Shown: positions 22,008 to 31,836, numbered from the stretch's first letter. The stretch: DNA of 64,000 nucleotides from Candidatus Latescibacterota bacterium (GCA_965219455.1 OZ244744.1:2144001-2208000), one strand, 5' to 3'. A program made the numbers and translations. Notes: a model not told the origin generated them from the letters alone.

Positions 22008-23699
22008 TCACCCCCCGTATTTGGAGATGAGATCCACAGCGGCCTCATCTCCTTTTTTCTGCGCCCAGGCGAGGGGCGTGGCCCATTCGGCGCCGGCCAG
22101 CGTGGGATCGGCCCCGCGTTCGAGATAGAGACGGGCCAGATCGCATTTGCCCCATCTGACCGCCCAGCCAAGCGGTGTGGACTGAAGGAGTTCGTCGATA
22201 ACGTTAAGATCGGCGCCGTGGTCCAGAAGGATGATGGCAAAGGCGATCCGTTCGGGTTCGGTCATAATCGGTTCTCCCCAGACAACGCCGCAGGCCGCCA
22301 GATGATGAGTAAGCCGGTACCCGAAACGACCCACGAGATTGGGGTTTACGCCGTAGTCCAGAATCATTCGAAAGATTTCGGGATAGACCGTACGATCGAA
22401 GTCGCGGAATTTGCGGTGGGGATTCGTCCGCCAGAGTCGAAGGGGCTGTTCGAGCAGGCTGAACCAGCGGCTGTCATCGGGTTCCCAATCGAGTTGCCGC
22501 AGGCACATCCCCACAATATTCGGGTCGCCGCCGCATCCTGCGGCCCAGAGCAGCTTCTCCGCGATCGACGGGTCGTTGTGGAGGGCAACGGCAGCGGCCG
22601 ACGTCTCGGCTTCGAGTCCGGCAGTGGTGTGATCCAGGATCCCGCCGTATCGAAACAGCAGTCCCTTCATCCGGTCGTCGCGGTTGTTGTACGCCGCGCC
22701 CACGGGATTCGCGCTGGCATAGATGCTGGCGTTGGGATCCGCGCCGTTCTCGAGCAGGAGTTCGGCGATTTCATAACGGGAATTGCCCGCCGCATTGGAC
22801 AGGGGCTCGCCCCACGAATACGGCCTGGATTCGTAGTGCTGCAACTGATGCCTGTCGTCCGGGTGCAGACCCAGGTCGAGCAGCAGGCGTACTATGTCGA
22901 TATCGTCGTTCTGGACGGCGATCTGCAGAAGCCCGTCCCGCTCGCTGTCGTTGGACTGAAAGCGTTCCGGATGCGCCCTTGCGAACGCGCGAACGAAGTC
23001 GAAGTCGCCAAGTGCGACCGCGGATTCGATCGATTGCTCGCATCCCGCCTGCAGCAGGATGCCCGTGCAGATCAGACACCCTTCGTTGAGCGGCCTGTTG
23101 CGCCCGCGTACATTGAGGACCGCGCCGTCGAGGGGCGATTGGCCCTCGGGCGTGAGATGCGTGATATCGGCGCCCCGATCGAGCAGTTCGCGAACCAGCC
23201 GGTAACGGCCGTGCGACGCGGCCGCGTGAATCACGCTGCCGCCATTTCGATGACACGCATCCAGCAGTTCGGGCTGACGGTCCAGGATGTCGAGCGCGGC
23301 CTTCTCCCGCCCCTCCCGGACGGCTTCGAACAGCGCGTCGTTTTCTTCGGTGATGGTAATATTCTTGCAGGCGGCCAGCTTGCGTTTTTCGTCTTCCGCC
23401 CTGATCACGTGGACGATTTCGTCCAGGCCGCGTTCCTGCGCCATCGTAAACGCGCCGGTGGCGTCGCGGTGGGGGTAGATGCCCGAATTGTGGTCCGCGC
23501 CCGCTTCCATGAGAACCCGGACCGCATCGGCGTGCCGGTTCATCACCGCGTAGTGAATCGCGCGGTGTTCGTTGTTCTCAGCCATGTGCACGTTCACCAG
23601 ATCGGGCTGCTCGCCAAGTATCTGCTTAATCCGCGAGACATCGCCGCTCCCTGCCGCCTTACAAAGATCTGCGACCCTGTAGGATCCGTTGCCGGCCAT
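22008..23699 (-). CDS. ankyrin-repeat protein
   Basis: Repeated TPLxxA / LLxxGAD units (STPLGWAVRWG, ATPLAWA, LLDRGADI); AAGGA RBS before ATG 23699. Confidence 0.9.
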   Translation of the reverse strand: MAGNGSYRVADLCKAAGSGDVSRIKQILGEQPDLVNVHMAENNEHRAIHYAVMNRHADAVRVLMEAGADHNSGIYPHRDATGAFTMAQERGLDEIVHVIRAEDEKRKLAACKNITITEENDALFEAVREGREKAALDILDRQPELLDACHRNGGSVIHAAASHGRYRLVRELLDRGADITHLTPEGQSPLDGAVLNVRGRNRPLNEGCLICTGILLQAGCEQSIESAVALGDFDFVRAFARAHPERFQSNDSERDGLLQIAVQNDDIDIVRLLLDLGLHPDDRHQLQHYESRPYSWGEPLSNAAGNSRYEIAELLLENGADPNASIYASANPVGAAYNNRDDRMKGLLFRYGGILDHTTAGLEAETSAAAVALHNDPSIAEKLLWAAGCGGDPNIVGMCLRQLDWEPDDSRWFSLLEQPLRLWRTNPHRKFRDFDRTVYPEIFRMILDYGVNPNLVGRFGYRLTHHLAACGVVWGEPIMTEPERIAFAIILLDHGADLNVIDELLQSTPLGWAVRWGKCDLARLYLERGADPTLAGAEWATPLAWAQKKGDEAAVDLISKYGG

Positions 23700-23812
23700 C
23701 TCTGTTCCTTTCCGGGTTTGCACGTCATCCAATTCCGATAGCGAAGCCGTCACCCCCCGGCGTATAAACCTGAACTCGAATTCCCGCAACCGGAGGCGTC
23801 ACCGCGAATAGT

Positions 23813-24366
23813 TCAAAGTCCGTATTCGAATGTGAGTTCCTTCTTCACATCCGTTCTCTCGACACTTTCCCTGATATCCTCCATCATCTCCAGCCACCTG
23901 TGTTTCTTGAATTTCCCGAAGTCAAAGACGAATCCCGGGAGCGCCCTGCTCTCGATCCGGCCGGCTCCTGCCCCAGAACCTCGAACTTCCCGCCTCGAAG
24001 CTGGTACCACGTCGCCGGTTTTCCGTTCTCCACGAACAATGCCTCCTGGACTCCTGAAGCCTCATATATCTGAAGTTTTTTGCCCAGGTTGGTAAATGCG
24101 TGCTTGGACTCCATTTCCAGTACGAAATTCGGCGACCCCTCGTAGACCTGGTGATCGTGGTTCTTTTTGCAGATTTGCCTGGGTCCGTTTCTGCGCACGA
24201 TCACGCCCACGTTTGGATAGACCATACAATCCGACTTACCGCCATAACTTAGCCTTACCGGAGGGAAGAGGACCACGTCCATACCTGTAGCGAGCATACG
24301 ATAGTAATTGATTACGGTAAGCACGTCCGTGTGATGTCGCGAAACGTTCGCATCGGGTATCCACAT
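23813..24366 (-). pseudogene. frameshifted Uma2 (DUF820) endonuclease-like gene
   Basis: GSPNFVLEMES..KKLQIYEASGVQE..WYQLRGGKF in one frame continues as GRIESRALPGFVFD in another frame near 23965. Confidence 0.7.
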
Positions 24367-24447
24367 GATTATCCTCCCTCTACGTCAATTCCGTTCGTGG
24401 TCATCCCGGTTCCTTTCTCAATACGTCCTCAATCTGACTGGACGTTT

Positions 24448-26841
24448 TCATTCGTGGCGCAGAGCTTCTATGGGATTCGCACTGGAGGCTTTAAAGCACT
24501 GGAATCCGACAACCAGCGACGTGGCGAAAACAGATCCCAATGCGCTGACAACAAAGGGGAACACGCCCATGTTTGCGCGATAGGCGAAATCTTGCAGCCA
24601 GTCTTGCATGAGGACATAAGCAAACGGCCATGCGATGAGATTGGCGAAAAGCACCAGCCTTGTGAATTCGGCACCCAATAAGATCGCGATTTTGGCGATG
24701 GATGCACCGAAGACTTTGCGAATGCCAATCTCTTTGCGGCGGCGTTCGCCCGTGTGGGCGGCAAGCCCAAGCAGGCCAATATAGGCGATGAGAAAAGAGA
24801 CTACGAACCCTACGGCAAATATGCGTTGAAAGCGCCGGTATTTGCCGTAATTGATCTCCAACCGGTCATCGAGAAACGCATACATGAATGGACGAACCGG
24901 GATATAGGTTTTCCAGATTTCTTCGAGGCCCTGCATGGTTTCGCCGATGTTTCCGGTAGCGAGTCGCAAGTTGACCACGCGAAATGAACGTGGGCGCAAA
25001 ACAAAGGCATTGGCGCGTAGTTTTTCAGTCAGCCGGCGCATATGAAAGTCTTCTACGACGCCGATGATCCAGCCTTCATTGTCGAGAAGTTTGAACGGTT
25101 TTCCAACGGGGTTTTCAAGTCCGAATTTCTCGACCGCTGTCTCGTTGAGAATATAAGCACTTTCAAAATCACTCTTGGTGTCAACGGAAAAATTGCGCCC
25201 CGCAAGGATATCAACGCCGATCATGGGGAATAGATCTTCGTCAATACCGTATTGCCGTATCTCAAAAGCAGCGCCTGATGGATCCAGGACCATTTCTTTT
25301 CTGCTTGTCCAGCCTTCGCCTGGAAGGCTGGCAGATGCGGCTGCGGCGAGCACATTGGGGTGTTTGAGAAAGCGCTGTTTCACTTCGTTGTAGGTATTTC
25401 TTAGCGACCCATCGACGTCAAAGATGCGAAGCGCGAGGATGTTTTCTTTCTTAAACCCCAGGTCTTTTTGCAGGACATAGTCGAGTTGGACAAAGGCGAC
25501 AAGAGCGACAAAGACGAGAAAAATGGAGATGGCAAACTGGAAGATCACAAAAACCTTGCGCGGGAATGATCCGCTGGACCCTGAGGCGGTTTGGCTGTGC
25601 AGTGCGGTAATAGGGGAAAATCGGCTGAGGAGAAAGGCTGGATAAATGCCCGAGAACAGACCAACCAGAACCGTTGCAGCCAAGAGTACAATCGCCATGT
25701 CCGGCTCTAAAAACACAGAGAGTGTATCCGTTTGGCCCACGATTTGTTGCAAGAAAGGCAGGGTTATGCCCGTGAGGATGAGGCACAAGGGCAGTGCGAG
25801 AAAGGTGAGCAAAACAGACTCAAGGAGGAATTGGAATGCCAATTGTCGTTGACCTGCACCGACGACCTTTCGCATACCCACTTCCTTGGCCCGAAGGGCC
25901 GCGCGCGCGGTAGAGAGATTGATAAAGTTGATACAGGCGACGAATAAGACGAGCATGCCAATGGCGGCGAGGGTGCGAACCGCTTTGAGATCGCCGGCGC
26001 CAATGCCGGTACCCGGACCACCGATGCCTTCGGGGAAGTCTTCAGGGCCATAGAGACGCGTACGCAAGAGTGATTGCAGGCGATGGCTGGTTGTGTTTTC
26101 CGGGTTTTCTTCGGGTACGAACAGCGCGCGCAATTTCTGTTCGGTTCGTTCCGGACTGGCATCCGTGCGCAGACGGATAAAGGTTTGCACCCAGTGAAAT
26201 GAGGTGCGGAATTCCCAGTTGGACCAGGCATCGCGGACGCCTGCCGGCAGGGTTGCGGTTACAAAGTGAGGGTTAAAATGCGTGTTGCGCGGTTGCTCGT
26301 CTAAAATACCGGTGACAATGTAATCGCCCCACTGACATTCGAGCACTTTGCCCATGGGGTCTTCCCCGGTCGGGAAGAATTCGACAATGGCTTCTTGCGA
26401 GATGACCACACCGCCGGGTTGTTCGAGAGCTTTGTGGAGATCGCCACGCTTTAATCTGATCCCCCAGAATACGAGATAGTTGGGATCGGTGTACCAGAAG
26501 GAACGGCGTTGGGCAAACTGGCGATATTGCACCCACCGATGGCCCGGACGGATGCGGTTGGCAGATTCAATTTCGGCGATGGATTCGATCATTTTTGGGG
26601 TGAGCGCACCGTGAGTGTCGATCTGGAAATCCATTTTGTAGGGGGTGGTCAGTTGCCGCAATACCCGAAAGGTGCGACCGGCCCCGGGACGAAAGGTGTC
26701 GTAGCTGATTTCGTGGGCGACATAGAGCCACGTTAGGAGCATGCACGTGAGACCAACGCTCAAGCCGAGGAGATTGGCCAGAGTATACAAACGCTGGCGA
26801 ATGATGTGCCGGATGGCGACTGTGAGAAAGTTGCGTAGAAT
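24448..26841 (-). CDS. ABC transporter permease (MacB/FtsX type, two FtsX modules)
   Basis: ACINFINLSTARA..RAKEVGMRKVVGA, RRKEIGIRKVFGAS, ANPIEALRHE. The frame extends upstream to an ATT codon at 26841 (ILRNFLTVAIRHI), the usual N-terminus of this family. Confidence 0.85.
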   Translation of the reverse strand: MLRNFLTVAIRHIIRQRLYTLANLLGLSVGLTCMLLTWLYVAHEISYDTFRPGAGRTFRVLRQLTTPYKMDFQIDTHGALTPKMIESIAEIESANRIRPGHRWVQYRQFAQRRSFWYTDPNYLVFWGIRLKRGDLHKALEQPGGVVISQEAIVEFFPTGEDPMGKVLECQWGDYIVTGILDEQPRNTHFNPHFVTATLPAGVRDAWSNWEFRTSFHWVQTFIRLRTDASPERTEQKLRALFVPEENPENTTSHRLQSLLRTRLYGPEDFPEGIGGPGTGIGAGDLKAVRTLAAIGMLVLFVACINFINLSTARAALRAKEVGMRKVVGAGQRQLAFQFLLESVLLTFLALPLCLILTGITLPFLQQIVGQTDTLSVFLEPDMAIVLLAATVLVGLFSGIYPAFLLSRFSPITALHSQTASGSSGSFPRKVFVIFQFAISIFLVFVALVAFVQLDYVLQKDLGFKKENILALRIFDVDGSLRNTYNEVKQRFLKHPNVLAAAASASLPGEGWTSRKEMVLDPSGAAFEIRQYGIDEDLFPMIGVDILAGRNFSVDTKSDFESAYILNETAVEKFGLENPVGKPFKLLDNEGWIIGVVEDFHMRRLTEKLRANAFVLRPRSFRVVNLRLATGNIGETMQGLEEIWKTYIPVRPFMYAFLDDRLEINYGKYRRFQRIFAVGFVVSFLIAYIGLLGLAAHTGERRRKEIGIRKVFGASIAKIAILLGAEFTRLVLFANLIAWPFAYVLMQDWLQDFAYRANMGVFPFVVSALGSVFATSLVVGFQCFKASSANPIEALRHE

Positions 26842-26844
26842 GTC

Positions 26845-27073
26845 TTATTCCTGGCTCAATACATCGACGGGGTTGGTACGGGCCGCCTTCCGGGCAAGAT
26901 GAGCCACCGTTGCAATGGCGATACTGTGCCGAGGCAAGTCCAGACTCGCGGCGGCCGCGTCAATGCAAGGGATATCGGCAGGGCGACCAGGGAGAAAAGC
27001 ACGGACTCGCATAGGAATTGGCCCATCACCTGCCCGCGCTGCGAACCGCGACTGTAAGGAAGTTGTATAGAAT
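26845..27073 (-). pseudogene. collapsed paralogous ABC permease (N-terminus, middle and C-terminus only)
   Basis: ILYNFLTVAVR, GSQRGQVMGQFLCESVLFSLVALP and ARKAARTNPVDVLSQE-stop all lie within 229 bp. Confidence 0.75.
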
Positions 27074-27083
27074 CGTTGAACCC

Positions 27084-27254
27084 AGTGTTCTGTCCCGGAA
27101 ATAGGTTGCCTGAATTCGGCCGACGAGTCGCCCGGCTGGCAACCCTTCGACAGGCTCAGCACAAGCAACACAGCGAGACGGGATGAATAGGCCTGCCTGC
27201 TGAAGCATGCGAGGCAGGCGGAAGATTGGTGTCATATTTCTGGAACGAGACACT
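27084..27254 (+). mobile_element. MITE family 1, copy A
   Basis: Imperfect TIRs AGTGTTCTGTCCCGGAAATA ... TATTTCTGGAACGAGACACT; interior shared with the 40493 and 52867 copies. Confidence 0.8.
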
Positions 27255-27259
27255 TGAGT

Positions 27260-28048
27260 TCAGGACTCCCAGACAAAAACCTTTTTGTAGTAGACGATCT
27301 CAAATCCGTTGCGTTCGAGGTTGCCCAACGATGTTTTCAGCATTACGAGGGTCTCGCTGCAGGCCACACGGCATCCCAGGTCCGCGGCACGATTCAGGCG
27401 GGCTCGTATAAGTGAATTCTGTCCGCCTTTTCTTCTGTGCGCCTCGGCGGTTCCTGCCCACCCGAGATAGGCGAAGTCGCCGTGATGGGCGAGTATCGCG
27501 GCGCTGACAGGCGTACCCGCGTCATACGCCAGGAAATGGTCGAATCCGGGTTGATCGACACTTTCAAGGAAAAACGTGCAGGGCCACGGATCGAATATGC
27601 GGAGAATCGCATCCTTGTAATTCTCAACCTCATGCCCCGATACGCGGCACACGTCAAGATGGGTCTGGAAAGGCGCCACTTTTTCGACGGGACGAATCAG
27701 CGTCGGATACCGGGTGCCTCCAAATGGTTTCAGACGGTTGCCCCGGAGCCACTCGATAATTTCCTCTTCCTGGGGATTCGGGCTCAGCCAGAAAAAAAAC
27801 CGTTCGGTCCCCGATTGCCTGAATACATCCAGTATGTTCAGGAGATCCGTCCGGGAAACCGTGGTCCCGCACCCGAAGAAAAATACGCCGTTTCGATTCG
27901 CCGATGGATACGGCGATGATGCGGAAGGAGGATCGACCGTGACGATGGCGTTTCCGACGATCTTATGGATCTTCGAACCGGGCGGCGCACAGCCGAGTTC
28001 CTTGTGCTTGATCTCCGTCAGAAGTTGCACGATTTCATCGGGTCTCAT
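27260..28048 (-). CDS. GNAT-family N-acetyltransferase
   Basis: [18 protein letters not shown] acetyl-CoA motif; [10 protein letters not shown]. Confidence 0.8.
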   Translation of the reverse strand: MRPDEIVQLLTEIKHKELGCAPPGSKIHKIVGNAIVTVDPPSASSPYPSANRNGVFFFGCGTTVSRTDLLNILDVFRQSGTERFFFWLSPNPQEEEIIEWLRGNRLKPFGGTRYPTLIRPVEKVAPFQTHLDVCRVSGHEVENYKDAILRIFDPWPCTFFLESVDQPGFDHFLAYDAGTPVSAAILAHHGDFAYLGWAGTAEAHRRKGGQNSLIRARLNRAADLGCRVACSETLVMLKTSLGNLERNGFEIVYYKKVFVWES

Positions 28049-28368
28049 GTTGGGGTCGAGAACGATCTCTCGTCCAGATGGGGTTTCAGAAACTGTCCCG
28101 TAAATGACTGCCGAACCGCGGCAACCGCCGCCGGCGGGCCGGTCGCGACAACGCGTGCGCCGTGCACCCCGGGTCCGGGGCCCATTTCGATGATATGATC
28201 GGCGGCGCGTATGGTATCCTCGTCGTGCTCGACGACGATGACCGTGTTCCCGATGTCTCGGAGTTGCCGCATGGTGCTGATCATCTTGGCGTTGTCTTTC
28301 GGGTGCAAACCGATGCTGGGCTCATCGAGTACGTACAACATGCCCATGAGCCCCGAGCCGATCTGCGA
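28045..28368 (-). pseudogene. uvrA: uvrA remnant
   Basis: [47 protein letters not shown]; about 105 aa of a protein normally about 940 aa long. Confidence 0.85.
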
Positions 28369-28607
28369 GGAACGGTTTGCGCCTGGATGTTGACGTCATC
28401 TTCGCAGAGTGTAACATGGCCTTGTTTTTGTCTATCCTGCATGATGATCCACAGGTCGATATCCGAGTTCTCCCAGACTTCGTCGTAGGACAGACTGCCA
28501 AAGAGTATCGCCGCGAGTACCGTTCGGTCTTTTTCAAGTTTTCCGACCAGAGACAATAGTGCTTTCCGGTAGCGCCTCCGGATGACTTCCGGCTCGAAAT
28601 GAGACAT
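28369..28607 (-). pseudogene. truncated Pol-beta-type nucleotidyltransferase fused out of frame to the uvrA remnant
   Basis: GGAG RBS, ATG 28607, AILFGSLSYDEVWENSDIDL (GS..DxD). Confidence 0.7.
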
Positions 28608-29226
28608 GGTAACTCCACCATATAGTGTATGGGAAGGAGCACGTGATATACGCAGGTTCGAATCAGGTGTCAAGGTCAATTACCGGAAAGCGCAGGCGTC
28701 CGCGGGTGGGCGGGGAACGACCACTGGAATGCCGGATAACAGGCGAAGAAACCGAGTTTTCACACGACTGTTACGTGGGGTTGGAAAACCGGAGTATTCC
28801 GGCTCCCCGCCGTAACCTGAGCGAGATTTTTAAACCGCTAAACGACGTCGTACACATTCCTGGCGCAAAACCACAAAACCGGGCGATCGACACACCGATC
28901 GCCCGGTTCAATTTGCGAAGATCGCTCGGTCCGTTTCGCTAACGGCATTTACGGGATTGCCGCGCGCGAAGCCAGCCAGATTTCCGCGAAATTCCGCCTA
29001 AAGACCCCGCAGAATTCTCCCTCCTCACCGGTTTTGCCCAAGTAAAACGTGAATGCTCTGAAACAAGCGGATTGGTTGTTCGCGGTTCCTGATACGATTC
29101 GGCCGAACGTAGGGGTACTACCTGCAAGTTAAACGCTCTCGCAATTCTTGGATAGAAGTGTAATCTTTCGATTAGATCCCGCGCGAACGACCATGGGTCC
29201 GCACAAAATTCGGAAATTTGAGTCAC

Positions 29227-29250
29227 GTTGTATTCTCAGTTGTATTCTCA
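29227..29250. repeat. 12-bp tandem duplication
   Basis: GTTGTATTCTCA twice. Confidence 0.8.
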
Positions 29251-29274
29251 TGTATATTGAAGAGTTTAACGATA

Positions 29275-29661
29275 TCACCCCGTCGGCATCAATACCAACT
29301 TACTGAGAAGAGCCAGTTTCCTCGCGATGCTCTGCCGTTCACTCTTGTTCGCCGGGAACGGTGTGATATTGGCATGTAGTTCATGAGGCTGTGTATCCGG
29401 AATGACGTTGAGGCTGTTTTCATAAACATGCTGTGCCAAAAAATCCGCCCTTGCTTTTATTCTTCGTTCCTCGGTTTCAACGTAATCTCTGCCAATTGAC
29501 CAGACTTCGCGGTCAGCGAGGGATGAAATGCGATACACCGAAATTTGGTCGCTGTTTGATGGAGGAATAAATGCACCGAATTTTACGACCCTGTTCATAA
29601 CTGAAAATTGTCTTCTATAGAATATATATCGGGCAATTTTTTCACCTGGTGAAACATCCAT
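29275..29661 (-). CDS. small hypothetical protein, ADP-ribosyltransferase-like motif pattern
   Basis: 128 aa; EKIAR..AF..ISVYR..HANI pattern (R-S-H). The fold call is inference. Confidence 0.7.
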   Translation of the reverse strand: MDVSPGEKIARYIFYRRQFSVMNRVVKFGAFIPPSNSDQISVYRISSLADREVWSIGRDYVETEERRIKARADFLAQHVYENSLNVIPDTQPHELHANITPFPANKSERQSIARKLALLSKLVLMPTG

Positions 29662-29674
29662 ATAAAGTTCTCAA

Positions 29675-30319
29675 TTAGACGAGGAGGCTTGACAATGTTA
29701 CAATAATACCCCGCAACAAGGCAGTATCTGATAATGTACAGATTCCTTCGACTTTGCGTTTGTCGTCGAAAAAAGCACCGTAGATGACAAGATTATCTCC
29801 ATATAGTCCCATCGACACTATCCCATTCTCTGGTCGCCACTCGAAGCCAAGACTGCCATCTTCTGCCCAGCCGATGTCGGGCATGGGGACATTGTAACGA
29901 GAAAGCAGATCTAGTAAAGAATCCGCGTCATCATATGCGGAATCAGGGATAGGATCAATCTCATTACTCAAAGCCAAGGCTTCCATGGCCTCTTGGCGTG
30001 TTTTCTCTATTTGCCGTTTTGCATCATCCAATTTTCGCTGTGGAGCGTAGGTCGGCAAATGGAAATACAGGTTAGATGCATCCCCTTCAAGCAAATCTCT
30101 ATCGCTTGCCTTTGGTAGATTATAGGCCTGAGTTTGTAGATTTCGTGGGTATTCATAGTGTGATGAACGTGTTCGATGTTCGTCATTGACCGCAACGACC
30201 CACCCCTCAGTGGTGTGTAGACTTCTCGGTTCATCAATCCGACTGCCGTGAAACCAGTCATAGACGTATTTAGCCTCAAGGCTTGAGTGGTCTTCGGCCT
30301 GACGTGCGAGGGTTATCAT
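29675..30319 (-). CDS. hypothetical protein (putative antitoxin or adaptor)
   Basis: ATG overlaps the upstream TAA (TAATG); GGGGGAGG RBS; C-terminal PDIGWAEDGSLGFEW domain. Confidence 0.75.
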   Translation of the reverse strand: MITLARQAEDHSSLEAKYVYDWFHGSRIDEPRSLHTTEGWVVAVNDEHRTRSSHYEYPRNLQTQAYNLPKASDRDLLEGDASNLYFHLPTYAPQRKLDDAKRQIEKTRQEAMEALALSNEIDPIPDSAYDDADSLLDLLSRYNVPMPDIGWAEDGSLGFEWRPENGIVSMGLYGDNLVIYGAFFDDKRKVEGICTLSDTALLRGIIVTLSSLLV

Positions 30320-31137
30320 TATTTCCTCCCCCAGGTGCGAGTTTGGATGTCTTCCGTAAACAATCCAGTGAATTTCCCACGAATACAGCCATGTGCCGAC
30401 GTAAACCACGTTATCATCACGTTGTCTTCCCCAGCCTGTGGAAAGCCACGCATTGTAAAATCCGTTTGTAAAGTTTGTTTTTGATCAGATACCCGTACCC
30501 TATGACTAACGGCAAGATGTAACCTTCCGTTTAAGTCCTCTATCGGAAATGATGTCCGCAAGATCACAGATTCAGCACCTGACCAAAATGAACTCGATGG
30601 CTCAGACTTAATGAACAGCTTATATACTTCCCCAACGTCGTTAAGAGTATTCCAGCCATCACCACGCAATAATTGATCAATATAGGTCAATTCATATTGT
30701 AGTGGAACTACCTCGCCGACTTCCATTGATCTAACTATCTCCTGAAAGCGACTATAGAACTTTGCAAACCTTTCAAATATCGCAGTGAATCCAGGATATT
30801 TCTGATCTGGCTCTGTCTTGCGCCAGTTAAACGTAAATCGATCCCGCTGAATTTGAATGATGTGATTTTGTTGTTCGTGTATGAACCAAATTCGTGCGAA
30901 GTTTGGGACATTTTTAAAATGCAACTCAGTCTCTTGGTTTGGGTGATCTAGATTTTCGATTGTAGGCATCACAGGCGGTTGTTCCACGACCTCTGAGAAC
31001 CCCACCTTTTTGAATTCCTCCCACATCACTCCTAGATGGGGAGCCAGCAACATATCGAGAGACTTGAAGAGTACACTCAATACCACCTCATCTACCGGTG
31101 GTCGTACGTAATCGAGCTCATTGTGCACGGAGTCCAT
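30319..31137 (-). CDS. TIGR04255-like protein
   Basis: YVRPPVDEVVLSVLF, RIWF, IQIQRDRFTFNWRK, YPGF, ELTYID, F..AH..I...F; GAGAGGTG RBS. Confidence 0.8.
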   Translation of the reverse strand: MDSVHNELDYVRPPVDEVVLSVLFKSLDMLLAPHLGVMWEEFKKVGFSEVVEQPPVMPTIENLDHPNQETELHFKNVPNFARIWFIHEQQNHIIQIQRDRFTFNWRKTEPDQKYPGFTAIFERFAKFYSRFQEIVRSMEVGEVVPLQYELTYIDQLLRGDGWNTLNDVGEVYKLFIKSEPSSSFWSGAESVILRTSFPIEDLNGRLHLAVSHRVRVSDQKQTLQTDFTMRGFPQAGEDNVMITWFTSAHGCIRGKFTGLFTEDIQTRTWGRK

Positions 31138-31807
31138 GAGGTGTCACCTCTCAAGATCTTAAACACGTACCCGATCTAATTGTGATAACGCCTGATTGAA
31201 ATGTATAGTTTCACTAAATGCGATGCGTATGCTTGATCTATTATGAGACGTTACCTTTTTGTACATTACATCCTCAATGCTCGGAAATTTCCATGTCGCC
31301 TATATGTAAATTAACATATGGAAGCGTCCAAACAAAGCCAAATAGCGATATCTCCGATATCAGTCGCAACGATCAGGTCGTCTGCAGGTATACCCTCGAA
31401 CGGGGAGAATCCGCGGCGCGATATTAAACGACGTCAAATGGAAACTATATGCAGTCAATGGTCAGATCCGATTGATGCTTGATCATCGGGTCTGGGCAGT
31501 TGTACTATGCAGCTTCTCTTTCGTGGAGTAGTTCAAACATTGATCCGACAAATACGTTCGACGCGGTATCCAATATTACCATATTTCATGGTAATTCTAT
31601 GTGCGAGGAGTGTCTGACACTATAGAAGGGTGATCCGAAACGCAAGCTTTTGAATATCATTGGAAGTTCCGATCGAATTCATAGCCAAGAACTGATGCAG
31701 TATTTCACTATTCCTTTCGACAGCAACTTCAAACGACATAGATTGGCGTGCGGATCGTACTCGAGTTCCGGCTGCCTCGCTTCGGCAGTATCAGGACATC
31801 TGTTCCC

Positions 31808-31836
31808 TTGACGAATCCGAACATTTCCAGTATATT
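31808..31836 (+). promoter_or_regulatory. sigma70-type promoter of the leader-peptide/TonB operon
   Basis: TTGACG-17 bp-TATATT. Confidence 0.6.

Noticed and set aside
22218-23741. 507-aa plus-strand ORF and similar long antisense ORFs (e.g. 54530-55780, 51104-52231)
   Set aside because: Shadow frames opposite well-supported genes, expected in high-GC DNA.
28939-29226. 95-aa ORF downstream of the triad
   Set aside because: No clear RBS or motifs; cannot be supported as a gene.
31140-31800. Fourth gene of the AT-rich island
   Set aside because: Only short stop-ridden frames without RBS or recognisable motifs.
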